DNA of 64,000 bases from Bacteroidia bacterium (GCA_037968475.1 JBBKVO010000018.1:108603-172602); one strand, 5' to 3'. Numbered from the stretch's first letter, positions 18,743 through 29,098 are shown. Program-made: numbers and translations. Notes: generated from the letters alone by a model not told the origin.

Positions 18743-20515
18743 TTGAAACTAATAAAAAACATATTACCCCTACTACTGCTATTGGCAGGGCAAATTGCCC
18801 AAGCCCAAAACAGCGGTATGAAAAGTAGTTTGTATAACGATACGTTTGCCGATGAAAGCTATGTATCGCGTTTTGTGCGCTATCAAAAATATTATTCGTT
18901 TATAAAATACGACGAGAACTATTTTGAGTGGGCAGATGTAACAGCTGTTGATAATATATATGCCAAACTGGCTCGCGCCAACAGCAAAAAAGTAAACATA
19001 TTACATATTGGCGACTCGCATATACAAGCCGATTTTTATACAGGTTATGTACGCGAGAATATTCAAAAAGTATTTGGCTATGGCGGTAGGGGCTTTATAT
19101 TTCCCTATGCGTGCGCAGGCACACACTCTACCTACGATTATCGTACTTGGAAATACGGCAACTGGGATGGTGCCCGTAACGTGAAAAATCCTAACCTGAT
19201 GGATATTGGTATTACAGGTGCTGTAGCCCGTACTACCGATGAAAAAGCAGGTTTTAAATTTGGTTTTAAAGAAGGCATACTTATGCCTGAATTTACAACA
19301 CTAAAAATCTATTGTAAAAAAGACAGCCAAAGTTTTAACCTGAAACTGAAACTTGCCAACTACCCCGATACCATATACCTAAACACTAACGCCCGACCCA
19401 ACAGCCCATACATACGTGTTGATTTACCCGTAGTATCTGATACATTTGAAGTATTTGTTGATAAAACCGACAGCACACAAACCTTTTTTGAGTGTTACGG
19501 CCTAATGATAGAAAGCTGCAAAGACAAGGGCGTAACTTATAGCAGTGTGGGTATTAACGGTGCTGGTTTTGGCAATGTTCTAGCCCAAACCTTGTTTGAA
19601 GGGCAGGTACAAGAACTAAAACCTGATTTGGTGGTAATAGATTTGGGTGCCAACGATTTTTATGGTTTTAACTATAACGAATTTGAACTGCGTACCAACC
19701 TAGAGAGTCTTATAAACACTATTAAAAAAGCATCACCTAAAGCATCAATACTTATATCTTGTTCGCAAGATATTTACTATCGTCGCCGTAAAAATGTATA
19801 TGCTACACACCCGTTTTCAAAACTTATACAGACCACCGCAAAAGCTAACGGAGCTATTTGGTACGATTATTTTGCCATATCGGGCGGGCAATATTCTATG
19901 CAAAAGTGGAGGCGTTACCATTTGGCAAAAAATGATAAAGTACACCTTACCACAGCGGGTTATAACCTTAAAGGCGACTTATTTCTAAATGCTTTGTTAA
20001 ACTCGTACTTAGAGTATCTGAAAGGGCGTCCCGAAAGCCTTATAGTAGCTAATGGCGGGCTAAAAAGTAAAAGTGTTATAGATAACCTTTTTAGTGATAA
20101 AAATAGTGTTACCGACCCTGAAAACGACAGCACCAAAACCCAAATAGTGTACAGAGTTAAAAAAGGCGAATACCTTAGCAGCATAGCCAAACGGTATGAT
20201 GTAGATATTGAGGATATTATGGATTGGAACGGGCTGGAAAAAACCTACCTGTACTATGGTCAAAAACTAACCTTATATGTAGATAAAACCGTAGCCACCA
20301 AACCACAGGTTACCGCTACTACACAGACTGAACCTAAAACTACCCCTAAAAAATCCACAACAACCGGTGGTGGGGTAAAATACAAAGTAAAATCAGGCGA
20401 TACACTTTGGGATATTGCAAACCGCAATGGAGTTAGCGTAGCAGAAATTAAAAAACTTAACAACCTGCGCGGAGATGCCATCAGGGCGGGACAAACCTTA
20501 GTTATCAGCAAATAA
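18743..20515 (+). CDS. SGNH/GDSL-like protein with two C-terminal LysM domains
   Basis: Signal peptide and a LHIGDSHIQAD block. Two LysM repeats (YRVKKGEYLSSIAKRYDVDIEDIMDWN..., YKVKSGDTLWDIANRNGVSVAEIKKLNNL...). TTG start as annotated in the track. Confidence 0.55.
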   Translation: MKLIKNILPLLLLLAGQIAQAQNSGMKSSLYNDTFADESYVSRFVRYQKYYSFIKYDENYFEWADVTAVDNIYAKLARANSKKVNILHIGDSHIQADFYTGYVRENIQKVFGYGGRGFIFPYACAGTHSTYDYRTWKYGNWDGARNVKNPNLMDIGITGAVARTTDEKAGFKFGFKEGILMPEFTTLKIYCKKDSQSFNLKLKLANYPDTIYLNTNARPNSPYIRVDLPVVSDTFEVFVDKTDSTQTFFECYGLMIESCKDKGVTYSSVGINGAGFGNVLAQTLFEGQVQELKPDLVVIDLGANDFYGFNYNEFELRTNLESLINTIKKASPKASILISCSQDIYYRRRKNVYATHPFSKLIQTTAKANGAIWYDYFAISGGQYSMQKWRRYHLAKNDKVHLTTAGYNLKGDLFLNALLNSYLEYLKGRPESLIVANGGLKSKSVIDNLFSDKNSVTDPENDSTKTQIVYRVKKGEYLSSIAKRYDVDIEDIMDWNGLEKTYLYYGQKLTLYVDKTVATKPQVTATTQTEPKTTPKKSTTTGGGVKYKVKSGDTLWDIANRNGVSVAEIKKLNNLRGDAIRAGQTLVISK

Positions 20516-20518
20516 TAC

Positions 20519-22003
20519 ATGGATTTTTCTGGCTTTTTGCAGCAGTTTGCCTACAACCCTATAAAAATACTTCAGTTCAATTCGGTCTTCTTTTTTGGCC
20601 TATTCTCCATATTCTATGTGCTGTATGCTGCTTTCTTCAATCGCATACAAGTTCGCAATGGTTTACTACTACTCTTTAGCCTGTTTATCTATTACAAACT
20701 AAGCGGTTTGTATATAGTGCTAATGTGCCTAGTAGCACTCAGCGATTTTTTAATAGGTAAGCAAATACTAAAAACACAAAACGAAGGAAAAAAGAAATGG
20801 TGGCTGCTGCTATCCCTTATTATTAGTGTGGGTTCGCTTATTTATTTTAAATACACCCCGTTTATATTAGAAAATGTAAACACACTTTTAGGTTCAAACT
20901 TTACCCCACCCACAGGCTTTTTAATGCCTATTGGTATATCTTTTTACATATTCAAAACCATCAGCTATGTAATGGATTGCTATAACGAGATGATTGAAGA
21001 GCCTGAAAAAAATTACTTCGATTATCTATTATACTTATCACTATTTACCACACTAATAGCAGGCCCCATAGTTCGTGCCCGCGACGTATTGCCCCAACTA
21101 AAACAAAAACTTGTAGTAAGTAAGGAGTTTATGGGACAAGGCTTTTATTTAATACTGATTGGAGCTGTAAAAAAATACCTAATTGCCGATTTTTTGTGGG
21201 TCAACTTTATCGAGCGTGTGTTTACCTCGCCCACAATATTTTCTGGCTTCGATAATCTGATGGCCATGCTAATGGGCACCATACAGTTTTATTACGATTT
21301 TGCAGGATACACTGATATGATGCTGGGCATATCGCTACTACTAGGGTTACAATTGCAGGGTAATTTTAACCGTCCGTTTATGGCACAAAACATTAGCGAT
21401 TTTTGGCGCAGGTGGCACATAACCCTATCTACTTGGCTAAACGAGTACGTGTTTATGCCCATGTCGTTCGCGTGGCGTAGCGGTGGCAAGGCGGGAGTGG
21501 TTTTTGCCAGTTTATTCACCTTTGTAATATCGGGAATTTGGCATGGACCAAAATATACGTACATACTTTGGGGCACACTTCACGGTGCAGCAATAGCATG
21601 GGATGTTGCCAGCCAAAACTGGCGTTTTAAGCTAAAAAAGAAGATAAACAGTACTTTGTACAAGGTAGTAAGCATAATCATCACCTTTGCCTTTATAAGC
21701 CTTACTATGGTGATTTTTAATGTGAAGCAATTGCCAATGGCTTGGGATATGTACGAAATGATATTTGCCAAAATGAATTGGGCATTAGCGCCTGAGTGGT
21801 TTAGCATATACTACAAAGAGTTTATCATTTTTGCATTGGCTGCCTTAGTACATTTTTTACCGTTAAAAATTAAAACATACTCAATGCAGCAATACACACT
21901 ATTGCCTTGGCCGCTAAAATCGATAGTAGGTTTGGTGGTTATTATATTTATATACCAGTTCTTCTCAGCAGAAACACAGCCTTTTATTTACTTGCAGTTT
22001 TAG
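20519..22003 (+). CDS. MBOAT-family membrane O-acyltransferase (DltB/AlgI/PatA-like)
   Basis: Multi-TM protein with an FYIFKTISYVMDCY motif and a conserved His (RRWHITLSTWLNEY). Confidence 0.85.
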   Translation: MDFSGFLQQFAYNPIKILQFNSVFFFGLFSIFYVLYAAFFNRIQVRNGLLLLFSLFIYYKLSGLYIVLMCLVALSDFLIGKQILKTQNEGKKKWWLLLSLIISVGSLIYFKYTPFILENVNTLLGSNFTPPTGFLMPIGISFYIFKTISYVMDCYNEMIEEPEKNYFDYLLYLSLFTTLIAGPIVRARDVLPQLKQKLVVSKEFMGQGFYLILIGAVKKYLIADFLWVNFIERVFTSPTIFSGFDNLMAMLMGTIQFYYDFAGYTDMMLGISLLLGLQLQGNFNRPFMAQNISDFWRRWHITLSTWLNEYVFMPMSFAWRSGGKAGVVFASLFTFVISGIWHGPKYTYILWGTLHGAAIAWDVASQNWRFKLKKKINSTLYKVVSIIITFAFISLTMVIFNVKQLPMAWDMYEMIFAKMNWALAPEWFSIYYKEFIIFALAALVHFLPLKIKTYSMQQYTLLPWPLKSIVGLVVIIFIYQFFSAETQPFIYLQF

Positions 22004-22234
22004 CCTATACTAAAGTCCTCTATGGTAAATATGATTTTTATCATAGCCTAATTGTTAACCTTTAGCTAACCTTGCAGGTAAAACATCAACATTAGTGTAC
22101 TTTATACACTAATTAATATAGTTTAATATACTGAAAAACAATACCTTAAATCGCTACATATTCAAGGGTTGTTTTGAAATATTTAGTACTTTTGTAGCTT
22201 TAATTTTTTTGAAATTTCAACCAATTAAATCCAA

Positions 22235-23824
22235 ATGAACCAAGTAATTGAGAAAGTTTTGGGAAAAGCAGGTAAGGTATACAACAACCTTAGTCCTGCT
22301 GAACTTGTAGAAGCCGCTTTAAAAAGGGGTGAAGGTGTTTTAGCCGATAGCGGAGCTCTTGCCGCAGATACCGGAGAGTTTACAGGTCGTTCGCCAAAAG
22401 ACAAATTCTGTGTGAAGGATGCCAAAACTGAAAATACAGTATGGTGGGGTGATGTGAACCAACCGTTTGACGGGGATAAATTTGAAAAACTACTTAATAA
22501 AGTTATAGCCCATCTTGAAGGAAAAGAAATTTTTGCTCGTGATGCTTATGCTTGTGCCGACCCTAACTACCGCCTTACTGTTAAGGTGTTTACAGAAACT
22601 GCATACAACAACTTATTTTGCCACAACCTTTTCTTACGTCCAACTGCCGAAGAGTTGAAAAACTTTGATAGCGAATGGGTGATAATAAATGCTCCTAGTT
22701 TCCATGCCGATCCTGCTGTTGATGGCACACGTCAACACAATTTCTCTATGTTAGACTTTACCCGCAAAATTATTTTGATTGGCGGTAGCGGCTATACTGG
22801 TGAGATGAAGAAAGGTATTTTTACAGTTCTTAACTACATTTTGCCCGAAGAGAAAAACGTGCTTTCTATGCACTGCTCGGCAAATATTGGTAATGAAACT
22901 GATGATACTGCTATTTTCTTTGGATTGAGCGGTACTGGTAAAACTACTTTGAGTGCCGACCCTAATCGCCGTTTGATTGGTGATGATGAGCACGGCTGGA
23001 GCGGTAATACCGTATTTAACTTTGAAGGTGGTTGCTATGCTAAATGTATAGACCTTACCAAAGAAAAAGAGCCTCAAATTTTTGATGCCATCAAATTCGG
23101 TACTTTGCTTGAAAACATCCGTTTTAATGACGGTACACGTACACCAGATTATACCAATACATCGGTAACTGAAAATACGCGTGCAGCATACCCAATCTAC
23201 TCAGTAGATAATATTGCTACTCCTTCTATCGGCTCTACTCCAAAAAATATATTTTTCCTTACGGCTGATGCCTTTGGTGTATTGCCTCCAATATCAAAAC
23301 TAACGCCTGAACAAGCTATGTACCACTTCATATCTGGATATACTGCAAAGGTTGCAGGTACTGAAGCAGGTGTTACTGAGCCACAAGCTACATTTTCAGC
23401 TTGTTTTGGTAAAGCATTTTTACCATTACACCCGGGCAAATACGCTAAACTTTTGGGAGAAAAACTAAAAGAAAGCGGTGCTAATGTATGGTTGGTAAAC
23501 ACAGGATGGAGCGGTGGCCCTTACGGTGTTGGTAACCGTATGAAACTTAGCTTTACCCGTGCAATGATAACCGCTGCACTTAAAGGCGAACTAAGCAATG
23601 TGGGCTATACTACACACAAAGTGTTTGGTTTAGCTATGCCAAACAGTTGCCCTGCTGTACCAACTGAAATTTTGCACCCACGTACTACTTGGGCAGATTC
23701 AAATGCCTACGACCAAAAAGCAAACCAATTGGCCGAATTGTTTATTAAAAACTTTAGCCAATATGCTGATGGAGTTACAGAAGATATACTTTCTGCTGCC
23801 CCAAAAGCGCATGCTACTGCATAA
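22235..23824 (+). CDS. pckA: Phosphoenolpyruvate carboxykinase (ATP)
   Basis: GLSGTGKTTLS P-loop and collinear throughout. A TAcTTTTG (-7-like) element lies at 22187-22194 upstream. Confidence 0.95.
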   Translation: MNQVIEKVLGKAGKVYNNLSPAELVEAALKRGEGVLADSGALAADTGEFTGRSPKDKFCVKDAKTENTVWWGDVNQPFDGDKFEKLLNKVIAHLEGKEIFARDAYACADPNYRLTVKVFTETAYNNLFCHNLFLRPTAEELKNFDSEWVIINAPSFHADPAVDGTRQHNFSMLDFTRKIILIGGSGYTGEMKKGIFTVLNYILPEEKNVLSMHCSANIGNETDDTAIFFGLSGTGKTTLSADPNRRLIGDDEHGWSGNTVFNFEGGCYAKCIDLTKEKEPQIFDAIKFGTLLENIRFNDGTRTPDYTNTSVTENTRAAYPIYSVDNIATPSIGSTPKNIFFLTADAFGVLPPISKLTPEQAMYHFISGYTAKVAGTEAGVTEPQATFSACFGKAFLPLHPGKYAKLLGEKLKESGANVWLVNTGWSGGPYGVGNRMKLSFTRAMITAALKGELSNVGYTTHKVFGLAMPNSCPAVPTEILHPRTTWADSNAYDQKANQLAELFIKNFSQYADGVTEDILSAAPKAHATA

Positions 23825-23857
23825 ACAGAAAAAACGATAACAGAGTTTTTATACTAA

Positions 23858-23892
23858 AAAATCCCGACCCGAAAGGTTGGGATTTTTTGTTT
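23858..23892 (+). terminator. Rho-independent terminator
   Basis: AAATCCCGACCCGAAAGGTTGGGATTT followed by a T-run. Confidence 0.6.
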
Positions 23893-23897
23893 TCCAC

Positions 23898-23946
23898 TAT
23901 TTCAATGATTTGTCAAATTTTAAAAATTTGACAAATCATTGAAATA
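23898..23946. repeat. Perfect ~23-bp-stem palindrome
   Basis: TATTTCAATGATTTGTCAAATTT-TA-AAATTTGACAAATCATTGAAATA. Confidence 0.7.
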
Positions 23947-23983
23947 TCGCCCTAATCCCTCTCCCTCTTTCTTGCTTATTAGT

Positions 23984-24042
23984 GTCGTGAAGTTTTGAAT
24001 TTGACAAACTTTTAAAGTTTGTCAAATTCAAAACTTTACGAC
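23984..24042. repeat. Near-perfect ~28-bp-stem palindrome
   Basis: GTCGTGAAGTTTTGAATTTGACAAACTT-TTAA-AAGTTTGTCAAATTCAAAACTTTACGAC has one mismatch. It abuts the sulfatase stop codon. Confidence 0.7.
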
Positions 24043-25367
24043 TATTGCCTTATTCTAGCTATTTCAACCTCTAAAGCCAGTTTAGCCGCTATTTGCTCTG
24101 CACTTAGGGTGCTTTGCAGCAAATTAGTGTTTTCGTAAGAGTCGGTGCTAAGGTCGTATAGCTCTTTAGTGCCCGTGCTATATTCAATCAGTTTGTATTT
24201 TGTATTGCGCACCGTCCAATAATCTTTTCCGTTACCTTTAAGTTCATCGTACACAAACTCTCTAAAATTGGTTTGGGTTTGGATAAACAAAGGGCGTATG
24301 CTTTTGCTATCATTAATTTGTGTACTCCCCGCCCCTGCAACATCAGCAATAGTGGCAAATAAATCAGTACTGTTTATTAAAGCTGCTTCTCGCTCACCTT
24401 TTCTGCTCACACCACTGCCACTAACTATCATAGGCACTGCTACACCACCCTGATATATAGTACTCTTGGCTTTTAGTTTACTGTATGGCGTTTGTATTAC
24501 CTCTCGGGTAGTGCCGTTATCTCCAATAAAAATAATAAGGGTATTGTTGCGCTCCGCTTCACTCATCGATGCCAACAACCTGCCTATTTCAGTATCCATT
24601 GCTTCCATCATAGCAAAAAAGTAAGGCTGTGGGTTAGCACTTATCGAGGTACTATCAGCAGGCAAATTATCCCTATCGTGTAAGTCAACAGGAGGTAAGT
24701 GAAAAGGAGTATGTGGCGCGGTATAAGCCAACCACAAAAACCAAGGTTGTTTTTGCGCACCTATCCAATCAATTGCCAAATTCGTAAATTTTGTAGTAGC
24801 ATAGTCGGTACAATTTTGCTGTGCCCCATTAATAGTAAGCTGCCAATTGCTATAATCTTGCATAGCTCCTATTAAAAAACCTGCATAGTAGCCTACCCCC
24901 ATATTGGCGGGATTATTTTTACCTCCATTACTTGCCCCTCCCAAATGCCATTTTCCTATAACAGCATGACTATATGCTGCATTGGTTTTATCGTCTAAAT
25001 ATTTCTGAATAGAGGTTTCGCTAAGTGGTATTTCATTATTTTCTGATACGCTGAGAACGCCTGTGTGGTAGCCGTACCTGCCTGTAAGTATTGATGCTCG
25101 TGTGGGTGAACACTCAGGGTATGCCCATACATTATCAAAGGTGATTCCGTTTTGCATTAAACTTTGCAATACAGGTAAATTGGGTTTTGAAGCTCCTACA
25201 CTGTAATTGGGAGTGGCATCCAGCCCCATATCATCAGCTATTATTAGTAATATATTAGGTTGTGATACAGCGGGAAGAGTAATACTGCCATCACTATTTT
25301 TTTTACAAGCCGCAAGAGTTATTAATACACCAAATGCCACTGTACATATTCTCCACTGTATCTTCAT
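24042..25367 (-). CDS. Sulfatase (Cys-type, formylglycine-dependent)
   Basis: Lipoprotein signal peptide, LIIADDMGLD, and the active-site CSPTRAS motif. Confidence 0.85.
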   Translation of the reverse strand: MKIQWRICTVAFGVLITLAACKKNSDGSITLPAVSQPNILLIIADDMGLDATPNYSVGASKPNLPVLQSLMQNGITFDNVWAYPECSPTRASILTGRYGYHTGVLSVSENNEIPLSETSIQKYLDDKTNAAYSHAVIGKWHLGGASNGGKNNPANMGVGYYAGFLIGAMQDYSNWQLTINGAQQNCTDYATTKFTNLAIDWIGAQKQPWFLWLAYTAPHTPFHLPPVDLHDRDNLPADSTSISANPQPYFFAMMEAMDTEIGRLLASMSEAERNNTLIIFIGDNGTTREVIQTPYSKLKAKSTIYQGGVAVPMIVSGSGVSRKGEREAALINSTDLFATIADVAGAGSTQINDSKSIRPLFIQTQTNFREFVYDELKGNGKDYWTVRNTKYKLIEYSTGTKELYDLSTDSYENTNLLQSTLSAEQIAAKLALEVEIARIRQ

Positions 25368-25407
25368 GTTTATTTTGACTGCACTTTTTACAAATGGTTT
25401 AAAAATA

Positions 25408-26004
25408 CTAAAATCTATACCCTATGCCCACACCCGTGGGTTGCACGCCAAGGGTTAACCCTTTTGGTTGTTTGGTATAATCTAAATAGCGTTGGGCTTT
25501 TATAAGGTTATTGCCTGCTGATAAATTACAAATAAAGGCCGCTAAATACGCACCTCCTGCAATAATATACCCTGCTGTGCGGCCTGCATTATCGTTTTTA
25601 CTAGCGATAATTATACCTCCGCCTACCAAAGTACCTGCAATGGGTAATGTAGTACCCAGTATAAGATTTGTACCCGCTTTTTCTAAGTATGCTTGATAAG
25701 GGGCGTAAAATGTATTTTTTGAAAGTGAATCAATAGCAACTTTTGCAGTAGAAACAGTATCCCCTACTGCCCCCCTTAGTGAGTCCACATCCATCCATCT
25801 ACCATTATAATATAACTGCTTAATATTATCCCAGTCCATCCGATACAGAGCCTCTTGAGGCGGAAGGGTAAAGGTTACCCCTTCGGCTTCAACCTTCTGT
25901 ATTGCGCAGTTGGTGGTTACATTTTGAATATTTACTAAAATGTCTTGTGCTTGTGCAAATACTACTGAGCAAATAACGGCAAGGCAGGCAAATAGATTTT
26001 TCAT
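25408..26004 (-). CDS. Hypothetical secreted/membrane protein
   Basis: Signal peptide and a Gly-rich hydrophobic C-terminal half. Confidence 0.4.
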   Translation of the reverse strand: MKNLFACLAVICSVVFAQAQDILVNIQNVTTNCAIQKVEAEGVTFTLPPQEALYRMDWDNIKQLYYNGRWMDVDSLRGAVGDTVSTAKVAIDSLSKNTFYAPYQAYLEKAGTNLILGTTLPIAGTLVGGGIIIASKNDNAGRTAGYIIAGGAYLAAFICNLSAGNNLIKAQRYLDYTKQPKGLTLGVQPTGVGIGYRF

Positions 26005-26262
26005 TAATCAAATAAACAATTTTTAGGTTAACAAACTCATAAACAGTCTGTTTTTTATGTTCTACTCAATAAAAAACAGACTGCTGAGTAACGTATATTT
26101 AGGATAAGAAATCCCTGTTTTCAATAATTTGTGGTGGATTTAAACCCGCTGTATTTGACAAAATCGATTTTCATACCTATTTAAGAAAACTCTGCCAATC
26201 CATCAGCTCCAAACAAAACAAGCCTATATTTGTAGTTATTATTAGATTATTTAACACTAATT

Positions 26263-27084
26263 ATGGATATAGATTTTAACAAAGTAAGCGAACTAATTAC
26301 AGCACTAATAATAGATTACGGACTGAGAGTAGTTTTTGCTGTTATTATACTTTTTGTGGGTTGGCGAGTGATAAAGATAATTACCAATCAATTAGCAAAA
26401 ATTCTTAAAAAACGTGAGATTGATGATACTGTTAGAATTTTCTTGGGTGATTTAACCTCGTGGATGCTAAAGGCTATGTTGCTAATTAGCATTGCACAAA
26501 TGTTTGGCATTGCTACAACATCGTTTATTGCTGTATTAGGAGCAATGGGTTTGGCAATTGGCTTGGCTTTGCAGGGTACACTGGGCAATTTTGCAGGGGG
26601 TATTTTGCTGTTAACATTTAAACCTTATAAAGTGGGTGATGTAGTGGAAATAATGGGGCATACCGGTACAGTGAAAAAAATAGAGCTGTTTACAACTGTT
26701 GTTGGTGGCTTTGACGGGAAAACACATATATGTCCCAATGGGGCTGTTATGAATAGTGATATAACAAATATTAGCGCACAAGGAATACTTAGGGCGGAGG
26801 TAAAAGTTGGTATATCGTACAATGCTAATATTAAACAAGCTAAAGAAGTGCTTACCAATATAATAACAGGTGATGAAAGAATATTGCAAGACCCTGCCCC
26901 ATTTGTGGGTGTAGTAGAGTTGGGTAATAGTTCTGTAAATCTTGTAGCTAGGGGTTGGTGTGATGCTAGTATTAAATTTGGCGTTGAAACCGACTTGATT
27001 GAAAAATGTAAAGTGGCACTAGATGAGGCCAATATAGAGATACCATTCCCTCAAATGGATGTACACGTATCAAAAAATCTATAA
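26263..27084 (+). CDS. mscS: Small-conductance mechanosensitive channel
   Basis: Three N-terminal TM helices followed by the MscS beta-domain pattern. Confidence 0.85.
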   Translation: MDIDFNKVSELITALIIDYGLRVVFAVIILFVGWRVIKIITNQLAKILKKREIDDTVRIFLGDLTSWMLKAMLLISIAQMFGIATTSFIAVLGAMGLAIGLALQGTLGNFAGGILLLTFKPYKVGDVVEIMGHTGTVKKIELFTTVVGGFDGKTHICPNGAVMNSDITNISAQGILRAEVKVGISYNANIKQAKEVLTNIITGDERILQDPAPFVGVVELGNSSVNLVARGWCDASIKFGVETDLIEKCKVALDEANIEIPFPQMDVHVSKNL

Positions 27085-27139
27085 TTAATTTATCCGTTGT
27101 GGTAGTACCATAACGGATAAATTATTATTTTACAAAAAG

Positions 27140-28369
27140 TTATTCAATACTAATTTTTTGGTTTATCAAACCTTCGGCTGTTGTAATTTGGACGGTATAA
27201 ATGCCTTTGGCAACATTGCCTATATTTAATTGTAATACGGGGTTGGTAATTATTTTATTTGTATACACTACTTGCCCAATAGCATTGCTAACAGTTACTT
27301 GTTGAGCATTTGTATTCTCCAGCAATTCTAAAGTAAAAATACCGCTACTAGGATTGGGATAAATACTTACCGCACTATTATTTTTTACTGATTTAATACC
27401 TGTGATAACTTCGGCAGTTGGCCTGCGCCATACTGTGCTATCAGTACCTATAAGCAAAAAATGTCCGTTGGTAGCCACAGAAAACACTTGTGTTGATGCA
27501 GGTAATCCAATACTGATATCAACCCAAGTAGCTGCATTATCTTTTGATAAAAAAATACCGCTATTGGTACCAGCCAGTATATTTTTACCGCTAACAAAAA
27601 GATTATTTACGCCCAAATTGGTGAGGCCGCTATTAGAGATAGTCCAACTATCACCATTATTAGTAGAAATATAAACACCACCCCCACCTTTAGTCGCGGC
27701 TATAAGTGTAGTACCACTTTGTTGTATTGAGGTAAAGTTTTTATTGGTGATACCTGTGTTTTTGTTTTCCCAAGTAGTTCCATTATTAATAGAGCGAAAA
27801 ATCCCTTCCCCGCCTACACTGCTGCTGCTAACACCTGCGAAAATAGTATCACCTTTGGCAAACAGTGCTGTAACAGAGGCATTTGATGGTAGACCTGTAG
27901 TAGGCAGTGTAGCCCATTTATCTCCATTATCGGTTGATTTTGCTACTCCAAACCATGTGCCTGCCAATAAATCGTTTCCTTGTTCAACCATACAGAATAA
28001 ATAACCTGAGTAGGGACTGGTGGGTACATCCCAAGTATCGCCCTGATCTTTTGATACAAACACTGCAGCACCAAACCCACTAACACCAAGTATTACAACT
28101 GTATCTTTTATTATAACCGAACTCACGTTTTTATTAGAAAGCCCTACGTTTTTCTCCGTCCAAGAATATCCAAAGTCGGTGGATATATATACTCCCCCAG
28201 TATCTGTACCTGCAAAAACAGTTGAACCTTTTGAGCTAATGGCATTTACTTTACCAATGGAGAAATTTTGAGCTTGCGTCCACTGCGCTTGAGTAGATTG
28301 TGTAGATAGTAAAAGTGCAGTAATTGTAATTAATGCCACCAGTGTGTAGCGCGTGTAGTTGTTTTTCAT
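27140..28369 (-). CDS. BNR/Asp-box repeat protein with a T9SS type-A C-terminal domain
   Basis: Several S.D.G.TW Asp-box repeats (SKDQGDTW, STDNGDKW, SINNGTTW, STNNGDSW) and a C-terminal sorting domain (SIYPNPSSGIFTLEL...KGIYTVQITTAEGLINQKISIE). Confidence 0.65.
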   Translation of the reverse strand: MKNNYTRYTLVALITITALLLSTQSTQAQWTQAQNFSIGKVNAISSKGSTVFAGTDTGGVYISTDFGYSWTEKNVGLSNKNVSSVIIKDTVVILGVSGFGAAVFVSKDQGDTWDVPTSPYSGYLFCMVEQGNDLLAGTWFGVAKSTDNGDKWATLPTTGLPSNASVTALFAKGDTIFAGVSSSSVGGEGIFRSINNGTTWENKNTGITNKNFTSIQQSGTTLIAATKGGGGVYISTNNGDSWTISNSGLTNLGVNNLFVSGKNILAGTNSGIFLSKDNAATWVDISIGLPASTQVFSVATNGHFLLIGTDSTVWRRPTAEVITGIKSVKNNSAVSIYPNPSSGIFTLELLENTNAQQVTVSNAIGQVVYTNKIITNPVLQLNIGNVAKGIYTVQITTAEGLINQKISIE

Positions 28370-28537
28370 TTTAATCTTTTTAAAACTGTATCAGTAAAAT
28401 TACTGATACAGACAACAAAAAGGCAGGGTTCGTCCCAAGTGTTGTGTAAATTTATGTGGATTGATATAATTTATAGCGTAAAAAACTGTTATATATAGCA
28501 TTTAAGCATGATTTAATACCTATATTTATCGTAAATA

Positions 28538-29098
28538 GTGTGCAAATTATCTTTATATTTTATCGGGTTATTGCTGTTGCTATATAGCGGCAAAGCAAAC
28601 GCTAATTTGGCTGATACCATTGCAAAACCAACATGGATAAAGCAGACAGGCTGGAACTGGGCAGTGGGTTATACACGGAACAATTACAATAGTTTTTCGG
28701 TTGATATTGGTAGATACAAAACTTACCGCAAAAGTTTTCCTTCACCAATGTGTGCATTCTCATCACCTCCTTTTGTAATTAGAGGTATTGGCTTTGATTA
28801 TATATACAAAGGTACTAGCCAAGCCTACGCCATACGGGCTTATGCACAGCTTAATATACTCTCGACTATAGGTATGCGGCTTGATATAGTAAATGTATTT
28901 GAAAATGGGAAGTATAGCCCCAAAATTCGCCCAAGTATTGGTATATCGGCAGGAGATATGCTTGATATACACCTAAACTATACTATTGGGGTGTATAATA
29001 CTGACGTAATGAAACAAGGATTGGGTGTGAGTGTAAGGCTTAATTTTAATAAATTTCTTCTTGATAGAAGAGGTCCTAGCCCCAACTACAATTGGTAA
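28538..29098 (+). CDS. Hypothetical protein (GTG start; may be an outer-membrane protein)
   Basis: Hydrophobic N-terminus only. Weak evidence. Confidence 0.3.
   Translation: MCKLSLYFIGLLLLLYSGKANANLADTIAKPTWIKQTGWNWAVGYTRNNYNSFSVDIGRYKTYRKSFPSPMCAFSSPPFVIRGIGFDYIYKGTSQAYAIRAYAQLNILSTIGMRLDIVNVFENGKYSPKIRPSIGISAGDMLDIHLNYTIGVYNTDVMKQGLGVSVRLNFNKFLLDRRGPSPNYNW

Noticed and set aside
22187-22194. Bacteroidetes-type -7 promoter element TAcTTTTG upstream of pckA, and similar AT-rich boxes elsewhere
   Set aside because: Only the -7 element matches. A -33 TTTG at proper spacing is not clear. It is noted in the pckA evidence but was not called as a separate confident feature.
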